In this document: positions 10,080 through 19,945 of the stretch, piece by piece
Layout of the letters: each line of letters opens with the position of its first letter
Position numbering within the stretch: position 1 is the stretch's first letter
Origin: an uncultured delta proteobacterium
GTDB lineage: Bacteria; Desulfobacterota; Syntrophia; Syntrophales; Smithellaceae
NCBI GenBank assembly: GCA_903907985.1
Contig: CAIVQG010000051.1
Span: 11,271 to 75,270, forward strand
DNA: 64,000 nucleotides
Direction of reading: 5' to 3'
Made by a program: the position numbers and the translations under genes
The notes under the pieces: model-generated
What the model was told of the DNA's origin: nothing
The model's database searches: none
Seen by the model: the letters and a program-made list of their open reading frames with translations, nothing else

Positions 10080-10589
10080 TTATTTTTTGGGTGAAACAAT
10101 CATAACCATGTTGCGGCCTTCCAGCCTGGGTTCCTGGTCAATAATACATTCATTGATTAATTCACTTTTTATCTTATCCATAATGCGGCGACCGATTTCG
10201 GTAAAGGCAATCTCCCGTCCCCGGAACATCATCGATATTTTCACCTTATCATTTTTGTCTAAAAATTTTTTTATATTTTTTACCTTAACCTGTACATCGT
10301 GTTCCTCTGTTTTCGGCCTTAATCTTATTTCCTTAACATGAATAACTACCTGACTCTTTTTAGCATCATGTTGTTTTTTATTTATCCGATAGCGATATTT
10401 ACCGTAATCCATTATTTTACAAACAGGCGGATCGGCAGTAGGCGATACTTCTACTAAATCCAAACCAACCCTCTCGGCATTAGCTATCGCTTCCTCGAAT
10501 GTAATAACTCCCAGTTGTTTGCTCTCAGCGTCAATTACTCGAACGTTGGCCGACTTTATTTCCCTGTTGATTCTTAAATCTTTAACTAT
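10080..10589 (-). CDS. infC: translation initiation factor IF-3 (non-ATG start)
   Basis: The track ORF (10080-10463) lacks the conserved N-terminal domain. The frame stays open upstream to an in-frame TGA and encodes I-VKDLRINREIKSANVRVIDAESKQLGVITFEEAIANAERVGLDLVEV. ATA at 10587-10589 lies 6 nt after GGAGG. Confidence 0.85.
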   Translation of the reverse strand: MVKDLRINREIKSANVRVIDAESKQLGVITFEEAIANAERVGLDLVEVSPTADPPVCKIMDYGKYRYRINKKQHDAKKSQVVIHVKEIRLRPKTEEHDVQVKVKNIKKFLDKNDKVKISMMFRGREIAFTEIGRRIMDKIKSELINECIIDQEPRLEGRNMVMIVSPKK

Positions 10590-10615
10590 ACGTCACCTCC
10601 TGAAACAAATAAAAT

Positions 10616-12529
10616 CTATTGCTTTTTGTCGCACATTTCCTGCACAAGTGCAATAAATTCATCAACCGGCAATGACCCTAAATTCTGGCCATCCCGAACT
10701 CTGGGCGCAACCGTTCCCGCTTCCATTTCCTTATCACCAATGACCAGCATGTAAGGAATTTTCTGCATCTGTGCCTGACGAATTTTGTAGCCCAGCTTTT
10801 CATTTTCAAAAAATTTTTCACACCGAATATCAGCAGCAATCAGTTTATTGTAAACTGTCTCGGCGTAAGGTATATGTTTATCCGTAACGGTCAACAAAGT
10901 GCATTGTACGGGCGAAAGCCAAACTGGAAATGCTCCGGCATAATGTTCAATGAGTACTCCCATAAACCTTTCTACTGCACCTAAAATAACTCTATGCAAC
11001 ATAACCGGCCGGTGTTTTTCTCCGTCCGCACCGATATAACTCAATTCAAATCGTTCCGGCAGCGTAAAATCACACTGGATCGTCGCACACTGCCATTTCC
11101 GTTTCAAGGCATCTTTCAATTTAAAATCAATCTTGGGGCCGTAAAATGCGCCATCCCCGGCGTTGGTTTCGTAGGTTATTTTGTTATCCTGAAGTGCATT
11201 CTCCAGTGCCGACGTGGCCAATTCCCAATCTTCATCGGATCCGATGGAATTTTCCGGACGAGTGCTTAATTCCACCTCATATTCAAACCCGAAAATTCCC
11301 ATGGCATAATTTACAAAATCAGCAATGGCACGGATCTCGGAATTCAATTGTTCCGGAGTGCAAAGTATATGAGCATCATCCTGGGTAAATTGCCTGGCGC
11401 GCATCAATCCATGTAAAACGCCTGTTTTTTCGTGACGATGGACTGTTCCCAGTTCAAAATAGCGTAAAGGCAAATCACGGTAGCTGCGAATCTTGGATTT
11501 ATAAATCAGCATGTGGGAGAGGCAATTCATTGGTTTAATACCATAAGACTGCTCATCCACTTCTGTAAAATACATGTTTTCCCGATAATGGTCAAAATGA
11601 CCGGACTTCTTCCAAAGGTCAACCTTGAGAATCTGGGGACCCATCACCATATCATAGCCGCGTTTTAAGTGCTCTTTTCGCTCCCACTCCTCAATAATGT
11701 AACGCAGGAGCATTCCCTTGGGATGAAAAATTATCAACCCGGGACCCGCTTCTTCATTAATTTGAAACAAATCCAGTTCACGACCTAAACGGCGATGATC
11801 CCGCTTCTTTGCTTCCTCGAGCAAATTCAAATAATCATTGAGTGCTGCAACATCGGCAAACCCGGTACCGTAAATGCGCTGCAACATCTTGTTTCTTTCA
11901 TCGCCACGCCAATAAGCACCGGCAACACTCAAAAGCTTGAAGGCTTTAATCATACCCGTTAACGGTATGTGAGGCCCGCGGCACAAATCGACATAATCAC
12001 CTTGTTTATAAAGGCTGACTACTTCTACATCTGCCGGCAAATCGGTAATCAGTTCCACTTTATAATTCTCGTCTCTTTGGGTAAAGAGCGAAACTGCATC
12101 TGCACGTGAAACATCCTGGCGAATGAAAGGATAATTTGCAGCAATAATTTCCTTCATGCGATTTTCAATTCTGGCAAAATCTTCGTTAGTAAAAGTCTCT
12201 TTATATTCAAAATCATAGTAAAAGCCATCTTCAATGGATGGGCCTATGCTGACTTTCGCTCCTGTAAAAACATCCTGTACAGCTTGAGCCATAACATGAG
12301 AGATGCTATGGCGTAAAATAGACAAACCTTCCTTGGAAGCAATGTCAATTAAAGAAAGAGTAGAATTTTCGTCAAGAGAATGGCTCAAATCCACAGCTAT
12401 GCCATTGATCCTTGCTGCAACAGCAGAACTCAAAGCTTCCTTTTTCCAGGTAGCAATAGAATCTTTTACAGTAATGCCGGCAGGTAAAGACGCCTCGGAT
12501 TTATCAGGAAAAACAATTTTAATATCCAT
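10616..12529 (-). CDS. thrS: threonine--tRNA ligase
   Basis: 637-aa ORF. It has a TGS-like N-terminus, an editing domain, a class II catalytic core (GAFYGPKID) and an anticodon-binding C-terminus. Confidence 0.95.
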   Translation of the reverse strand: MDIKIVFPDKSEASLPAGITVKDSIATWKKEALSSAVAARINGIAVDLSHSLDENSTLSLIDIASKEGLSILRHSISHVMAQAVQDVFTGAKVSIGPSIEDGFYYDFEYKETFTNEDFARIENRMKEIIAANYPFIRQDVSRADAVSLFTQRDENYKVELITDLPADVEVVSLYKQGDYVDLCRGPHIPLTGMIKAFKLLSVAGAYWRGDERNKMLQRIYGTGFADVAALNDYLNLLEEAKKRDHRRLGRELDLFQINEEAGPGLIIFHPKGMLLRYIIEEWERKEHLKRGYDMVMGPQILKVDLWKKSGHFDHYRENMYFTEVDEQSYGIKPMNCLSHMLIYKSKIRSYRDLPLRYFELGTVHRHEKTGVLHGLMRARQFTQDDAHILCTPEQLNSEIRAIADFVNYAMGIFGFEYEVELSTRPENSIGSDEDWELATSALENALQDNKITYETNAGDGAFYGPKIDFKLKDALKRKWQCATIQCDFTLPERFELSYIGADGEKHRPVMLHRVILGAVERFMGVLIEHYAGAFPVWLSPVQCTLLTVTDKHIPYAETVYNKLIAADIRCEKFFENEKLGYKIRQAQMQKIPYMLVIGDKEMEAGTVAPRVRDGQNLGSLPVDEFIALVQEMCDKKQ

Positions 12530-12577
12530 AGTTTATAATAAACACCAAAAACTGTCCATCATCCATCTGACTCATTT

Positions 12578-12611
12578 TAAAAGGGCATCACCATTTCGCT
12601 GATGCCCTTTA
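12578..12611 (-). terminator. stem-loop with U-tract between tRNA-Val and thrS (terminator or attenuator)
   Basis: The minus strand reads AAAGGGCATCA-GCGAAATGG-TGATGCCCTTTT, an 8-bp GC-rich stem followed by Ts. It lies only about 48 nt before the thrS ATG. Confidence 0.5.
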
Positions 12612-12652
12612 TTAGAAGTTGACATTTTTCACAGCCTTAGTATTGCGAAAAA

Positions 12653-12727
12653 TGGTAGGCAAGCAGGGATTTGAACCCTGGACATCCACCGCGTCAGGAT
12701 GGCGCTCTCCCCCTGAGCTACTTGCCT
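12653..12727 (-). tRNA. tRNA-Val (anticodon GAC), CCA encoded
   Basis: Hand-folded 75-nt cloverleaf: AGGCAAG TA GCTC AGGGGGA GAGC G CCATC CTGACGC GGTGG ATGTC CAGGG TTCAAAT CCCTG CTTGCCT A CCA. The anticodon loop CTGACGC gives GAC. Confidence 0.9.
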
Positions 12728-12792
12728 GCAAATAAACCTATTCAGAATTTTGCTCTACTAGCAACAAAACGCCGCAGTGTCAAGCAAATATC

Positions 12793-13350
12793 TTATTTTT
12801 TAGCCTCTTTCAAGGTGGCAGTGTTAATAATTTTAATACCCCTAGTTATGTATGTCAATCCCGACGCAACTGTAAAGAGACCGGTCAACCAGCAAAGAAT
12901 TCTAATCCAATCGTAACTGACATCATTAGAAAATGCCTGAAATGACAAAGCTAATAAAATCGTACTAATTTGTAGAACAGTGGTTACTTTCCCGACAAAA
13001 GCCGGATTAATCACATATGGAACTGATATCATTGACAATATAGCAATGCCTAATAGTATGATAAAGTCACGGCTGATAACTATTACCGTCAGCCAGCTAG
13101 GAATAATACCTAAAATGGATAAGGTCACAAAACTTGCCGTCAAGAGCAATTTATCGGCAATGGGATCCAAATAAGAACCAAGAACAGTTTGACTGCTCAA
13201 CAATCTGGCCAAAGCACCATCTAGAGCATCGGTTAATCCCGCCACAGCAAAAGTAAACAATGCCTTACCATACGAACCTTGAATCAGAAATATAACCACA
13301 ACGGGAACGAGGATAATCCGTAACAGAGATAAGAAGTTTGGTATATTCAT
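12793..13350 (-). CDS. pgsA: CDP-diacylglycerol--glycerol-3-phosphate 3-phosphatidyltransferase
   Basis: 185-aa multi-pass ORF. It carries the CDP-alcohol phosphatidyltransferase motif DALDGALAR...GSYLDPIADK. Confidence 0.85.
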   Translation of the reverse strand: MNIPNFLSLLRIILVPVVVIFLIQGSYGKALFTFAVAGLTDALDGALARLLSSQTVLGSYLDPIADKLLLTASFVTLSILGIIPSWLTVIVISRDFIILLGIAILSMISVPYVINPAFVGKVTTVLQISTILLALSFQAFSNDVSYDWIRILCWLTGLFTVASGLTYITRGIKIINTATLKEAKK

Positions 13351-13377
13351 CTAGAAAATTGAATTTGGCAATTCATT

Positions 13378-14148
13378 TTATTGTTTGTTGTCCCGAGATT
13401 TATTCCAATCCACCCATTCATCCCTGTCTTCCGCTTCCGTAAATTCTTTGGGCTCTTCCGCCTTACCATCTGATTTGATCCTTATCTGCTGCATTGACTT
13501 CACAATGTAAACCCACTCTTCCATAGAGACAGGTTTGGGCCCCGCTACAGTCGTTGGGCCCGCCACGGGCTTCGGTGGTCCGGACAGAGTGCCCTTTTGA
13601 TCCTTTCTGGCAGTTGACGCGGCAACGCTAACTTCACCATCATAAACCTTGACCAGAGCAGATTTATCATCTTCAACATTCATCCGGTATACGGTACCAC
13701 GGACTCCGGCAACAGCGTTTTCGCAGGAAATTTCAAAACCACCTTTGCCGCCGAGAGTTTTACGCACATTGGACCAGATTTTCCCTATGGTCACAAAAAT
13801 TTTCACATCACGCTTTCCGGCATCTACGGCATCAACTTGCAGAATTTTAAAGGTCGTATTATCTGCAAAACGGACGATACTATTATCAGGAAGCAGAAGT
13901 TCCATCCGGCTTTTATCTCCTGTCGAGACTTCACAGCCTGGTTTGAGTAAATCATTAATCTTCAGCTTCTTCACACCTTTTTGACCGGGACAAACAGACT
14001 GGGCGGCACCCTCCAGAGCGGTAACCTTAGCTTCTCCCTTAGTCATTTTCACTACCACCGGCGGTTTGGCATAAACATAAGTGGAAAAAAAACATATAAC
14101 CAGGAAACTCAACATTATTTGAATACTTTTTTTCATAAACGTCTCCAT
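13378..14148 (-). CDS. secreted FecR-domain protein (no anti-sigma segment)
   Basis: 256-aa ORF. It has an N-terminal signal peptide (FFSTYVYA/KP) and a beta-rich FecR-like core ending AGVRGTVYR. The C-terminal tail is acidic and Trp-containing. Confidence 0.6.
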   Translation of the reverse strand: METFMKKSIQIMLSFLVICFFSTYVYAKPPVVVKMTKGEAKVTALEGAAQSVCPGQKGVKKLKINDLLKPGCEVSTGDKSRMELLLPDNSIVRFADNTTFKILQVDAVDAGKRDVKIFVTIGKIWSNVRKTLGGKGGFEISCENAVAGVRGTVYRMNVEDDKSALVKVYDGEVSVAASTARKDQKGTLSGPPKPVAGPTTVAGPKPVSMEEWVYIVKSMQQIRIKSDGKAEEPKEFTEAEDRDEWVDWNKSRDNKQ

Positions 14149-14206
14149 TATTTCCTAAGAAATGTTTTACAGCTCTTTAAAAAACAAGAGAATTAATATA
14201 ATATTT

Positions 14207-14809
14207 TTAACCTTTTAAGTTTGGACCATCCGGCAGCGTTTCCAGCACTTTATTGACAACTTCCTCAATTACAGTTTCGAAAGATTCGTAGGATTTCATC
14301 TCCAAGCTTTTGCCGGGTAAATCAAAATTTCTGCTCGTAGTTTTGTATTGAGCTCTCCAGAGAACTTCCCCCGTCTGCGTACTGCGCAATTCACAATGCG
14401 CCGCAACAGTGACCGGAACATAAAACAAACTCGATGTGCGTTTACCCTCGGTAAGAGTACAGTACATGGCAGCATCCGCCCCGATCAGCTCTCTAATTAC
14501 ATCAGGAGCTAAAACACCGGCACTGCTTTTCTTTTCACTATTGTATATAAGCTCTAATTTCTTGTCAATTACTTCCAGAGGAAGCCTAGAGTATCCCTTA
14601 AAATAAAGTTCATCAAGTACCTTTAATCTCAATAATTGCGGTGCTTTCATATCCAGAGTTTTATTATTCACAGGTAGTACCGCAATTACTTTCGCTGTTA
14701 GCTTCTCCGAATCGTTTTTCATTGCATTAGGCGCTTTGGCAGCACATCCGTTGTATAATATCATCCCCAAAATAACCGGTAAAATCAGCTGGTATTTATA
14801 TCTTTTCAT
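14207..14809 (-). CDS. lipoprotein, DUF799/LpoB-like (tentative)
   Basis: 200-aa ORF with a lipobox-like LYNG-C22. The segment VLPVNNKTLDMKAP...GYSRLPLEVID resembles the GNA1162/DUF799 pattern. Its start overlaps the upstream stop (TAATG). Confidence 0.4.
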   Translation of the reverse strand: MKRYKYQLILPVILGMILYNGCAAKAPNAMKNDSEKLTAKVIAVLPVNNKTLDMKAPQLLRLKVLDELYFKGYSRLPLEVIDKKLELIYNSEKKSSAGVLAPDVIRELIGADAAMYCTLTEGKRTSSLFYVPVTVAAHCELRSTQTGEVLWRAQYKTTSRNFDLPGKSLEMKSYESFETVIEEVVNKVLETLPDGPNLKG

Positions 14810-15492
14810 TATTCTCCATCCCTTGGTAAAAGGCTAATCACAATTTTATTTTTTTCAATCAATTCAGTATCCAGTAAGTACCGGCCTGTTTTAGCCAGTT
14901 CTGCAGCCAATGCTTGTGCTGTTCCAGATATTTCCAACTCCAGATAAGCCTGCTGCCATTCGAAAGATCGCGAATTTATATTTTTCACAATCTTTGCCCG
15001 CTTTTTCAAGAAATCTTTTAAGTACCAAAAATCAGAATATTTTTTTAACCCTTTAACCTCCAGAGCAATAATTATATTCTGTTTTGCCTCACCGGATATT
15101 TGACGAAAACCCATTTTGGCCAGATCATTTTTTAAATCCGCGAGCGCAACAGCAACGTTTACGGTGACGAAGTAAGCATCCTCCTGCTTGCTTTCTGCCG
15201 TAATTTTATAATTGATTACATATCTATCCTGCTGATCGATTATTCCTTTTTTTACCGGCAGAAATTTTTTATCTTTAACCGGAAGCGAGAGTAGGGCTGA
15301 TGCCGCATCTGAGATCGCTCTTTGCAGCGCGTCCCGGATTGCTCCCTCCCTTGCAACGGTAACATCATTTTGATTAATTGCGGCATTGCCTTCAACTTCC
15401 AGATTTAAAACACTCGCATTACTCTGGGCGAAAACGGGAACACACCACAATAACACTAAAACAAGAACTAAGGCCGGCCAGTAGCGTCTCAT
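14809..15492 (-). CDS. secreted protein of unknown function
   Basis: 227-aa ORF with the signal peptide VPVFA/QS. It appears to have two domains. The N-terminal part is loosely LPP20/FlgT-N-like (VAREGAIRDALQRAISDA). Confidence 0.4.
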   Translation of the reverse strand: MRRYWPALVLVLVLLWCVPVFAQSNASVLNLEVEGNAAINQNDVTVAREGAIRDALQRAISDAASALLSLPVKDKKFLPVKKGIIDQQDRYVINYKITAESKQEDAYFVTVNVAVALADLKNDLAKMGFRQISGEAKQNIIIALEVKGLKKYSDFWYLKDFLKKRAKIVKNINSRSFEWQQAYLELEISGTAQALAAELAKTGRYLLDTELIEKNKIVISLLPRDGE

Positions 15493-15495
15493 TGG

Positions 15496-15834
15496 TCAAT
15501 TAACCATCGTTGATCCGTTGCCACTTAACTTTTTTAACTTATCAATTTCCTCCCGAATAACTCTTTCTGCAATTTCCGGGATGATCTCCCGGGCAATCCT
15601 TTCGGTTATCTCGGTAACCCGTTCGATTATTTGGTCATTGAAATTATTTGCTGCCGATTGATCTTCCGCAACATCAACTAATTCATGTATATATTTATTG
15701 TCTTTAGCTATTCTCTCATAACCACGCCCATCAACTACAATAACTTCCTGATTATTTCTACCGTTCCGTTCTTCATATATTTCTGTCAAATCATAAATTT
15801 TCTTATCGTCCGTTATAATAGAATCTTCAGCCAT
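15496..15834 (-). CDS. acidic cytoplasmic protein of unknown function
   Basis: 112-aa ORF with no signal peptide. It has repeated I-[YH]-[DE]-L-[TV] motifs and a C-terminal amphipathic repeat IAREIIPEIAERVIREEIDKLKK. It lies 3 nt upstream of the next ORF. Confidence 0.4.
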   Translation of the reverse strand: MAEDSIITDDKKIYDLTEIYEERNGRNNQEVIVVDGRGYERIAKDNKYIHELVDVAEDQSAANNFNDQIIERVTEITERIAREIIPEIAERVIREEIDKLKKLSGNGSTMVN

Positions 15835-15962
15835 AATTTATTCCCCCATAAGGCAGGTCACTTTAGAAAACTTTTACCAATATATATGGTGGAGTTACCA
15901 TAGTGTTCTAAACAGTTCAAGCAATATATACAATGGACTTTTGCTCATAAATATCAGGTGTT

Positions 15963-16814
15963 TTATGGCCGCAATTTAACAGCCAGATCATAAACTTTTT
16001 TCTTGGATAAACCGGTTTGTTGAACAATTTCAGCAACTGCATCGCGAACCGACATTTTTTTATTATCCCACAGTTGCAACAGCTTATCTTCGATTTCCTC
16101 GGCAGTTAAAGCAACCGGTTCTTTTTCTTTCCCCTGCACAATGATTGTAAATTCCCCTTTTGTTTTAGCTGGTGCACTGCTGTTCAGAAAATTCGAAATT
16201 TTCCCATACTTAATTTCTTCAAACATTTTTGTTAATTCCCTGGCAATTACGATTTCACGATCACCCAGCACATCATACATATCCTGAAGTGCCGCCAGAC
16301 ACCTTACCGGCGATTCATAAAACACAACCGTCCTAGTTTCTTCCTGGAGTTCATTTAGAAATTTTATTCTTTTATTTTCTTTTGCCGGTAGAAATCCGCA
16401 AAACAGGAAGTTGTCGGCGGGGAAGCCGGAGGCGCTCAAAGCTGTAATAACCGCAGATACTCCCGGGACTGGAATGACACGAACATTTTCTGCCTGCGCC
16501 AATTTGACCAGATGATAACCGGGATCAGAAATGCAGGGAGTACCGGCATCGGTAACATAAGCCACGCTCATGCCGGACATGATTTTCGCAATGATGACTG
16601 AACTTTTTTCTTTTTCATTGTGTTCATGGAGACTGATCAATGGTGTCGATATCTCATAAGCATTAAGCAGCTTTCGAGTACGACGTGTATCCTCGGCAGC
16701 AACAAGACTTACTTCTTTGAGTATCCGCAGCGCCCGTAAAGTTATATCTTCCAGATTCCCGATAGGCGTTGCCACAATGTAGAGAATTCCGGAATTGCCG
16801 TTGTTAATCGTCAT
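15963..16814 (-). CDS. rsmI: 16S rRNA (cytidine1402-2'-O)-methyltransferase
   Basis: 283-aa ORF with a tetrapyrrole-methylase fold. The N-terminus LYIVATPIGNLEDIT is typical of RsmI. Confidence 0.9.
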   Translation of the reverse strand: MTINNGNSGILYIVATPIGNLEDITLRALRILKEVSLVAAEDTRRTRKLLNAYEISTPLISLHEHNEKEKSSVIIAKIMSGMSVAYVTDAGTPCISDPGYHLVKLAQAENVRVIPVPGVSAVITALSASGFPADNFLFCGFLPAKENKRIKFLNELQEETRTVVFYESPVRCLAALQDMYDVLGDREIVIARELTKMFEEIKYGKISNFLNSSAPAKTKGEFTIIVQGKEKEPVALTAEEIEDKLLQLWDNKKMSVRDAVAEIVQQTGLSKKKVYDLAVKLRP

Positions 16815-16926
16815 AGAACCTTATATTCAAACATTTTATGGTTGACTTCTACCGTCTGTTTCAGGTTTAATACCAGAGTCCAACAGAAAATACCATAATG
16901 AACCAGTCCAAGGCCCATAAATTTAT

Positions 16927-17883
16927 ATGACAAAGCGAATGCTTATTACCGGCGGCGCCGGTTTTCTAGGATCCCATCTCTGCGAAAGATTGCTCCAGGA
17001 AGACAATGAAATTCTCTGTCTGGATAACTTTTATACCGGCAGCAGGGACAACATTAGTCATCTTTTGGGCAATTCCCGTTTCGAGTTAATCGAACATGAC
17101 ATCATCAACCCCATCTATCCGGAAGTTGATCAAATATACAATTTGGCATGTCCCGCATCGCCGGTGCATTATCAATACAACCCGATTAAAACAATTAAAA
17201 CCAATGTAATGGGAGCAATCAATGTTTTAGGAATTGCCAAAAGAACCAAAGCAACGGTTCTTCAGGCTTCCACATCAGAAATTTACGGTGATCCTGAGGT
17301 TCATCCCCAAAATGAATCCTACTGGGGCCGGGTAAATCCCATTGGAATTCGCAGTTGCTATGACGAAGGAAAAAGGGCTGCCGAATGCCTGATGATGGAC
17401 TACCGCCGGCAAAACGGCGTCAATGCAAAAATTGTCCGGATTTTTAATACCTACGGGCCGCGCATGGCCATTAACGATGGACGGGTTGTCAGTAATTTCA
17501 TCGTCCAGGCTCTGCAGGGAAAAGATATTACCATATATGGCGACGGCTCCCACACCCGCTCTTTCTGCTATGTAGATGATCTGGTAGACGGCCTGATTCG
17601 CATGATGGATTCACCGGATGATTTTTATGGCCCGGTCAACCTTGGAAATCCCGGCGAGTTTACAATTTCCGAATTGTCAGAGTTAATCATTAAATTGACA
17701 AACAGTGTCTCGAAGATTGTCTTTGAGCCGCTGCCGGCGGATGATCCCACACAGCGCAAACCGGACATAACTCTGGCCGGGGAAAAACTTGGCTGGATGC
17801 CGAAAGTTGAACTGGAAAAAGGATTGACCGGCACGATCCAATATTTTAAAAATCTTATAAGCCGTTTAGCAAAAATAACTTGA
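16927..17883 (+). CDS. uxs: UDP-glucuronate decarboxylase (UDP-xylose synthase)
   Basis: 318-aa extended SDR. It has the Rossmann motif [10 protein letters not shown] and catalytic YDEGKR, and resembles UXS along its full length. Confidence 0.85.
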   Translation: MTKRMLITGGAGFLGSHLCERLLQEDNEILCLDNFYTGSRDNISHLLGNSRFELIEHDIINPIYPEVDQIYNLACPASPVHYQYNPIKTIKTNVMGAINVLGIAKRTKATVLQASTSEIYGDPEVHPQNESYWGRVNPIGIRSCYDEGKRAAECLMMDYRRQNGVNAKIVRIFNTYGPRMAINDGRVVSNFIVQALQGKDITIYGDGSHTRSFCYVDDLVDGLIRMMDSPDDFYGPVNLGNPGEFTISELSELIIKLTNSVSKIVFEPLPADDPTQRKPDITLAGEKLGWMPKVELEKGLTGTIQYFKNLISRLAKIT

Positions 17884-17892
17884 TTAAATAAC

Positions 17893-17970
17893 TGCCGGAA
17901 ACGGCATAAGGAGCCGTAACAAAATACAGAAAATGAACAAGTCTTGCCACCCGCAGGGGTGGTTATTTCA
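17893..17970 (-). repeat. MITE/REP-like repeat, partial copy C (reverse orientation)
   Basis: The reverse complement reads GAAATAACCACCCCTGCGGGTGGCAAGAC...GTTACGGCTCCTTATGCCGTTTCCGG. This matches the core blocks of the copies at 19411 and 20898. Confidence 0.8.
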
Positions 17971-18017
17971 CAATGGCTCCTAAAAATCTCTTCAGGAGTG
18001 GAGGAATACCGAACAAA

Positions 18018-19412
18018 ATGAAATTTCAGAAAAAGATTCTCTGTATTGGCGCCGGTTATGTCGGCGGCCCGTCCATGGCCATGATCGCTCACAAGTGCCC
18101 CGATTACCGTGTAACAGTGGCAGACATCAACCATGAACGCATTGATGCCTGGAATTCTGCCGAACTGCCTGTTTATGAACCGGGCCTGGACGATATTGTT
18201 AAGAAAACGCGCGGCAAGAATTTGTTCTTTGCCAAAGATATCGAAAACCAAATCAAGGAAAATGATATTATTTTTGTTTGCGTTAACACGCCTACCAAAA
18301 CATTTGGTACGGGGGCAGGCAAGGCTGCCGATTTACAATATTTAGAAAAAACGGCTCGCCAAATTCTGCAATATTCCCAGTCACCCAAAATAGTTATCGA
18401 AAAAAGCACTCTGCCGGTTAAAACGGCTTTAGCCATGGAAAGAATATTAAGTTCCGGCAAAGGCAAAATTACCTTTGAAGTTCTCTCCAATCCGGAATTT
18501 ATGGCGGAGGGGACGGCAATCAAGGATTTGGAAAATCCGGACCGGGTACTTATCGGTTCGAGGGAAACCAAAAGCGGCTTAAAAGCCCGCGCGGAATTGG
18601 TTGATATATATTCGAACTGGATTCCCCAAGAAAAAATAATCACGTCCAATATCTGGAGCAGCGAATTATCCAAATTAGTCGCCAATGCTTTCCTGGCACA
18701 AAGGGTATCCTCGATCAATTCCATCTCCGCGCTGTGTGAAAAAGCTGACGCCAATGTAGCCGAAGTAGCCCGCGCTGTGGGAATGGACAGTCGCGTGGGC
18801 GGCAAATTTCTCAATGCCGGTATTGGTTTTGGCGGTTCCTGTTTTAAAAAAGATATTTTAAACCTCGTCTATCTTTGCAGCTACTATGGATTGCCGGAAG
18901 TAGCCGATTATTGGGAGAGTGTAGTAAAAATAAACGAATACCAACAGGAACGTTTTATTGCAAACATCCTCGGCTCGATGTTCAATACGCTTGCCGGCAA
19001 GAAAATTTGTATCCTGGGATTTGCTTTTAAAGCTGATACCGGCGACACCCGGGAAAGCCCGGCAATTTACATCACGCGCAGATTACTGGCGGAACACGCC
19101 GAAGTAATCATTTCCGATCCGAAGGCGCTGAAAAATGCAGCACTGGACCTTGCTGATGAAGAAGGTAAAATTGATTACATTGAAGACGCTTACCGCGCTG
19201 CCGCCGGCTGCCATGCGCTTGCGATAATGACCGATTGGGATTTATACAAGAAACTGGATTATAAAAAGATATTCAAGTCGATGGTCAAGCCGGCTTTTCT
19301 TTTTGACGGTCGCAATATTCTCGACCATAAAAAATGTTTCGAGATCGGTTTTAATGTTTATCCGATTGGCAAACCGGCGCTCAGTCACTTTAAGACTTCG
19401 CAAGAATCTTAG
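18018..19412 (+). CDS. ugd: UDP-glucose 6-dehydrogenase (long, eukaryote-like type)
   Basis: It has GAGYVGG near the N-terminus and the catalytic Cys motif GFGGSCFKKD. I prefer the ATG at 18018 (MKFQKKILCIGAGYVGG, GGAGTGGAGG upstream) over the track start at 17973, which lies inside the repeat. Confidence 0.9.
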   Translation: MKFQKKILCIGAGYVGGPSMAMIAHKCPDYRVTVADINHERIDAWNSAELPVYEPGLDDIVKKTRGKNLFFAKDIENQIKENDIIFVCVNTPTKTFGTGAGKAADLQYLEKTARQILQYSQSPKIVIEKSTLPVKTALAMERILSSGKGKITFEVLSNPEFMAEGTAIKDLENPDRVLIGSRETKSGLKARAELVDIYSNWIPQEKIITSNIWSSELSKLVANAFLAQRVSSINSISALCEKADANVAEVARAVGMDSRVGGKFLNAGIGFGGSCFKKDILNLVYLCSYYGLPEVADYWESVVKINEYQQERFIANILGSMFNTLAGKKICILGFAFKADTGDTRESPAIYITRRLLAEHAEVIISDPKALKNAALDLADEEGKIDYIEDAYRAAAGCHALAIMTDWDLYKKLDYKKIFKSMVKPAFLFDGRNILDHKKCFEIGFNVYPIGKPALSHFKTSQES

Positions 19413-19570
19413 GGGCCGTTACGAAATAACCACCCGTGCTGGTGGCAAGACCACCCATGCAGGTCTTGTGAACTCGCGTGACCTTTACATTAGAACAAGG
19501 GGTTGCAACCCCTTGTTAGTTACAGCCGCTTATGCCGGTTACAATGTTACAGTTATTATTGATAAACGGC
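19411..19570 (+). repeat. MITE/REP-like repeat, full copy A (with extra hairpin)
   Basis: It begins AGGGGCCGTTACGAAATAACCACCCGTGCTGGTGGCAAGAC, overlapping the ugd TAG stop. It contains the perfect hairpin CAAGGGGTTGCAACCCCTTG (19497-19516) and ends CTTATGCCGGTTACAATGTTACAGTTATTATTGATAAACGGC. Confidence 0.8.
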
Positions 19571-19945
19571 TTAAAGCGCAACAAAGTCAAAAGCGTTTTT
19601 TATTAATTTAATTTCGTTTCCTTCGGGCAGAAGTGTTATCGCTATTACATCAAAGCGGGCATTGGCGTCGGCCATTTTCTTCTTTTGCAGGTACCATAAA
19701 GCCAACTGCGATAGCTTTTTCTGTTTTCTCGTTCCGACGGCCTGTTCAGGATAACCTAATTCGCTTGATTTACGAGTTTTTACTTCGATAAAAACTAGTT
19801 CGCTTTTCTCCCGGGCAACAATATCAATTTCACCCAGCGGACAACGAAAGTTAGTTTCGCAAATACGATAGCCGTTTTTCTTCAGATAAGCTGCGGCAAT
19901 CTGTTCCCCGTCTTTGCCAGTACTTATTTTCGACATATCTTTCAT
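19571..19945 (-). CDS. yraN: YraN-family endonuclease (UPF0102)
   Basis: 124-aa ORF with the motif GEIDIVA...FIEVKTR. It overlaps the rnhB stop by 4 nt, which is the usual rnhB-yraN pairing. Confidence 0.8.
   Translation of the reverse strand: MKDMSKISTGKDGEQIAAAYLKKNGYRICETNFRCPLGEIDIVAREKSELVFIEVKTRKSSELGYPEQAVGTRKQKKLSQLALWYLQKKKMADANARFDVIAITLLPEGNEIKLIKNAFDFVAL

Noticed and set aside
12578-12611. Possibility that the hairpin before thrS is a tRNA-Thr anticodon-arm mimic like the E. coli thrS operator.
   Set aside because: The loop GCGAAAUGG contains no NGU anticodon-like triplet in the right context. I kept it only as a terminator or attenuator candidate.
12671-12916. 81-aa plus-strand ORF.
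   Set aside because: It starts inside the tRNA-Val gene on the opposite strand and runs antisense into pgsA.
17625-18251. 208-aa minus-strand ORF spanning the uxs 3' end, the repeat copy and the ugd 5' end.
   Set aside because: It is antisense to two well-supported genes, crosses an intergenic repeat, and has no recognisable motifs. It is a shadow ORF.
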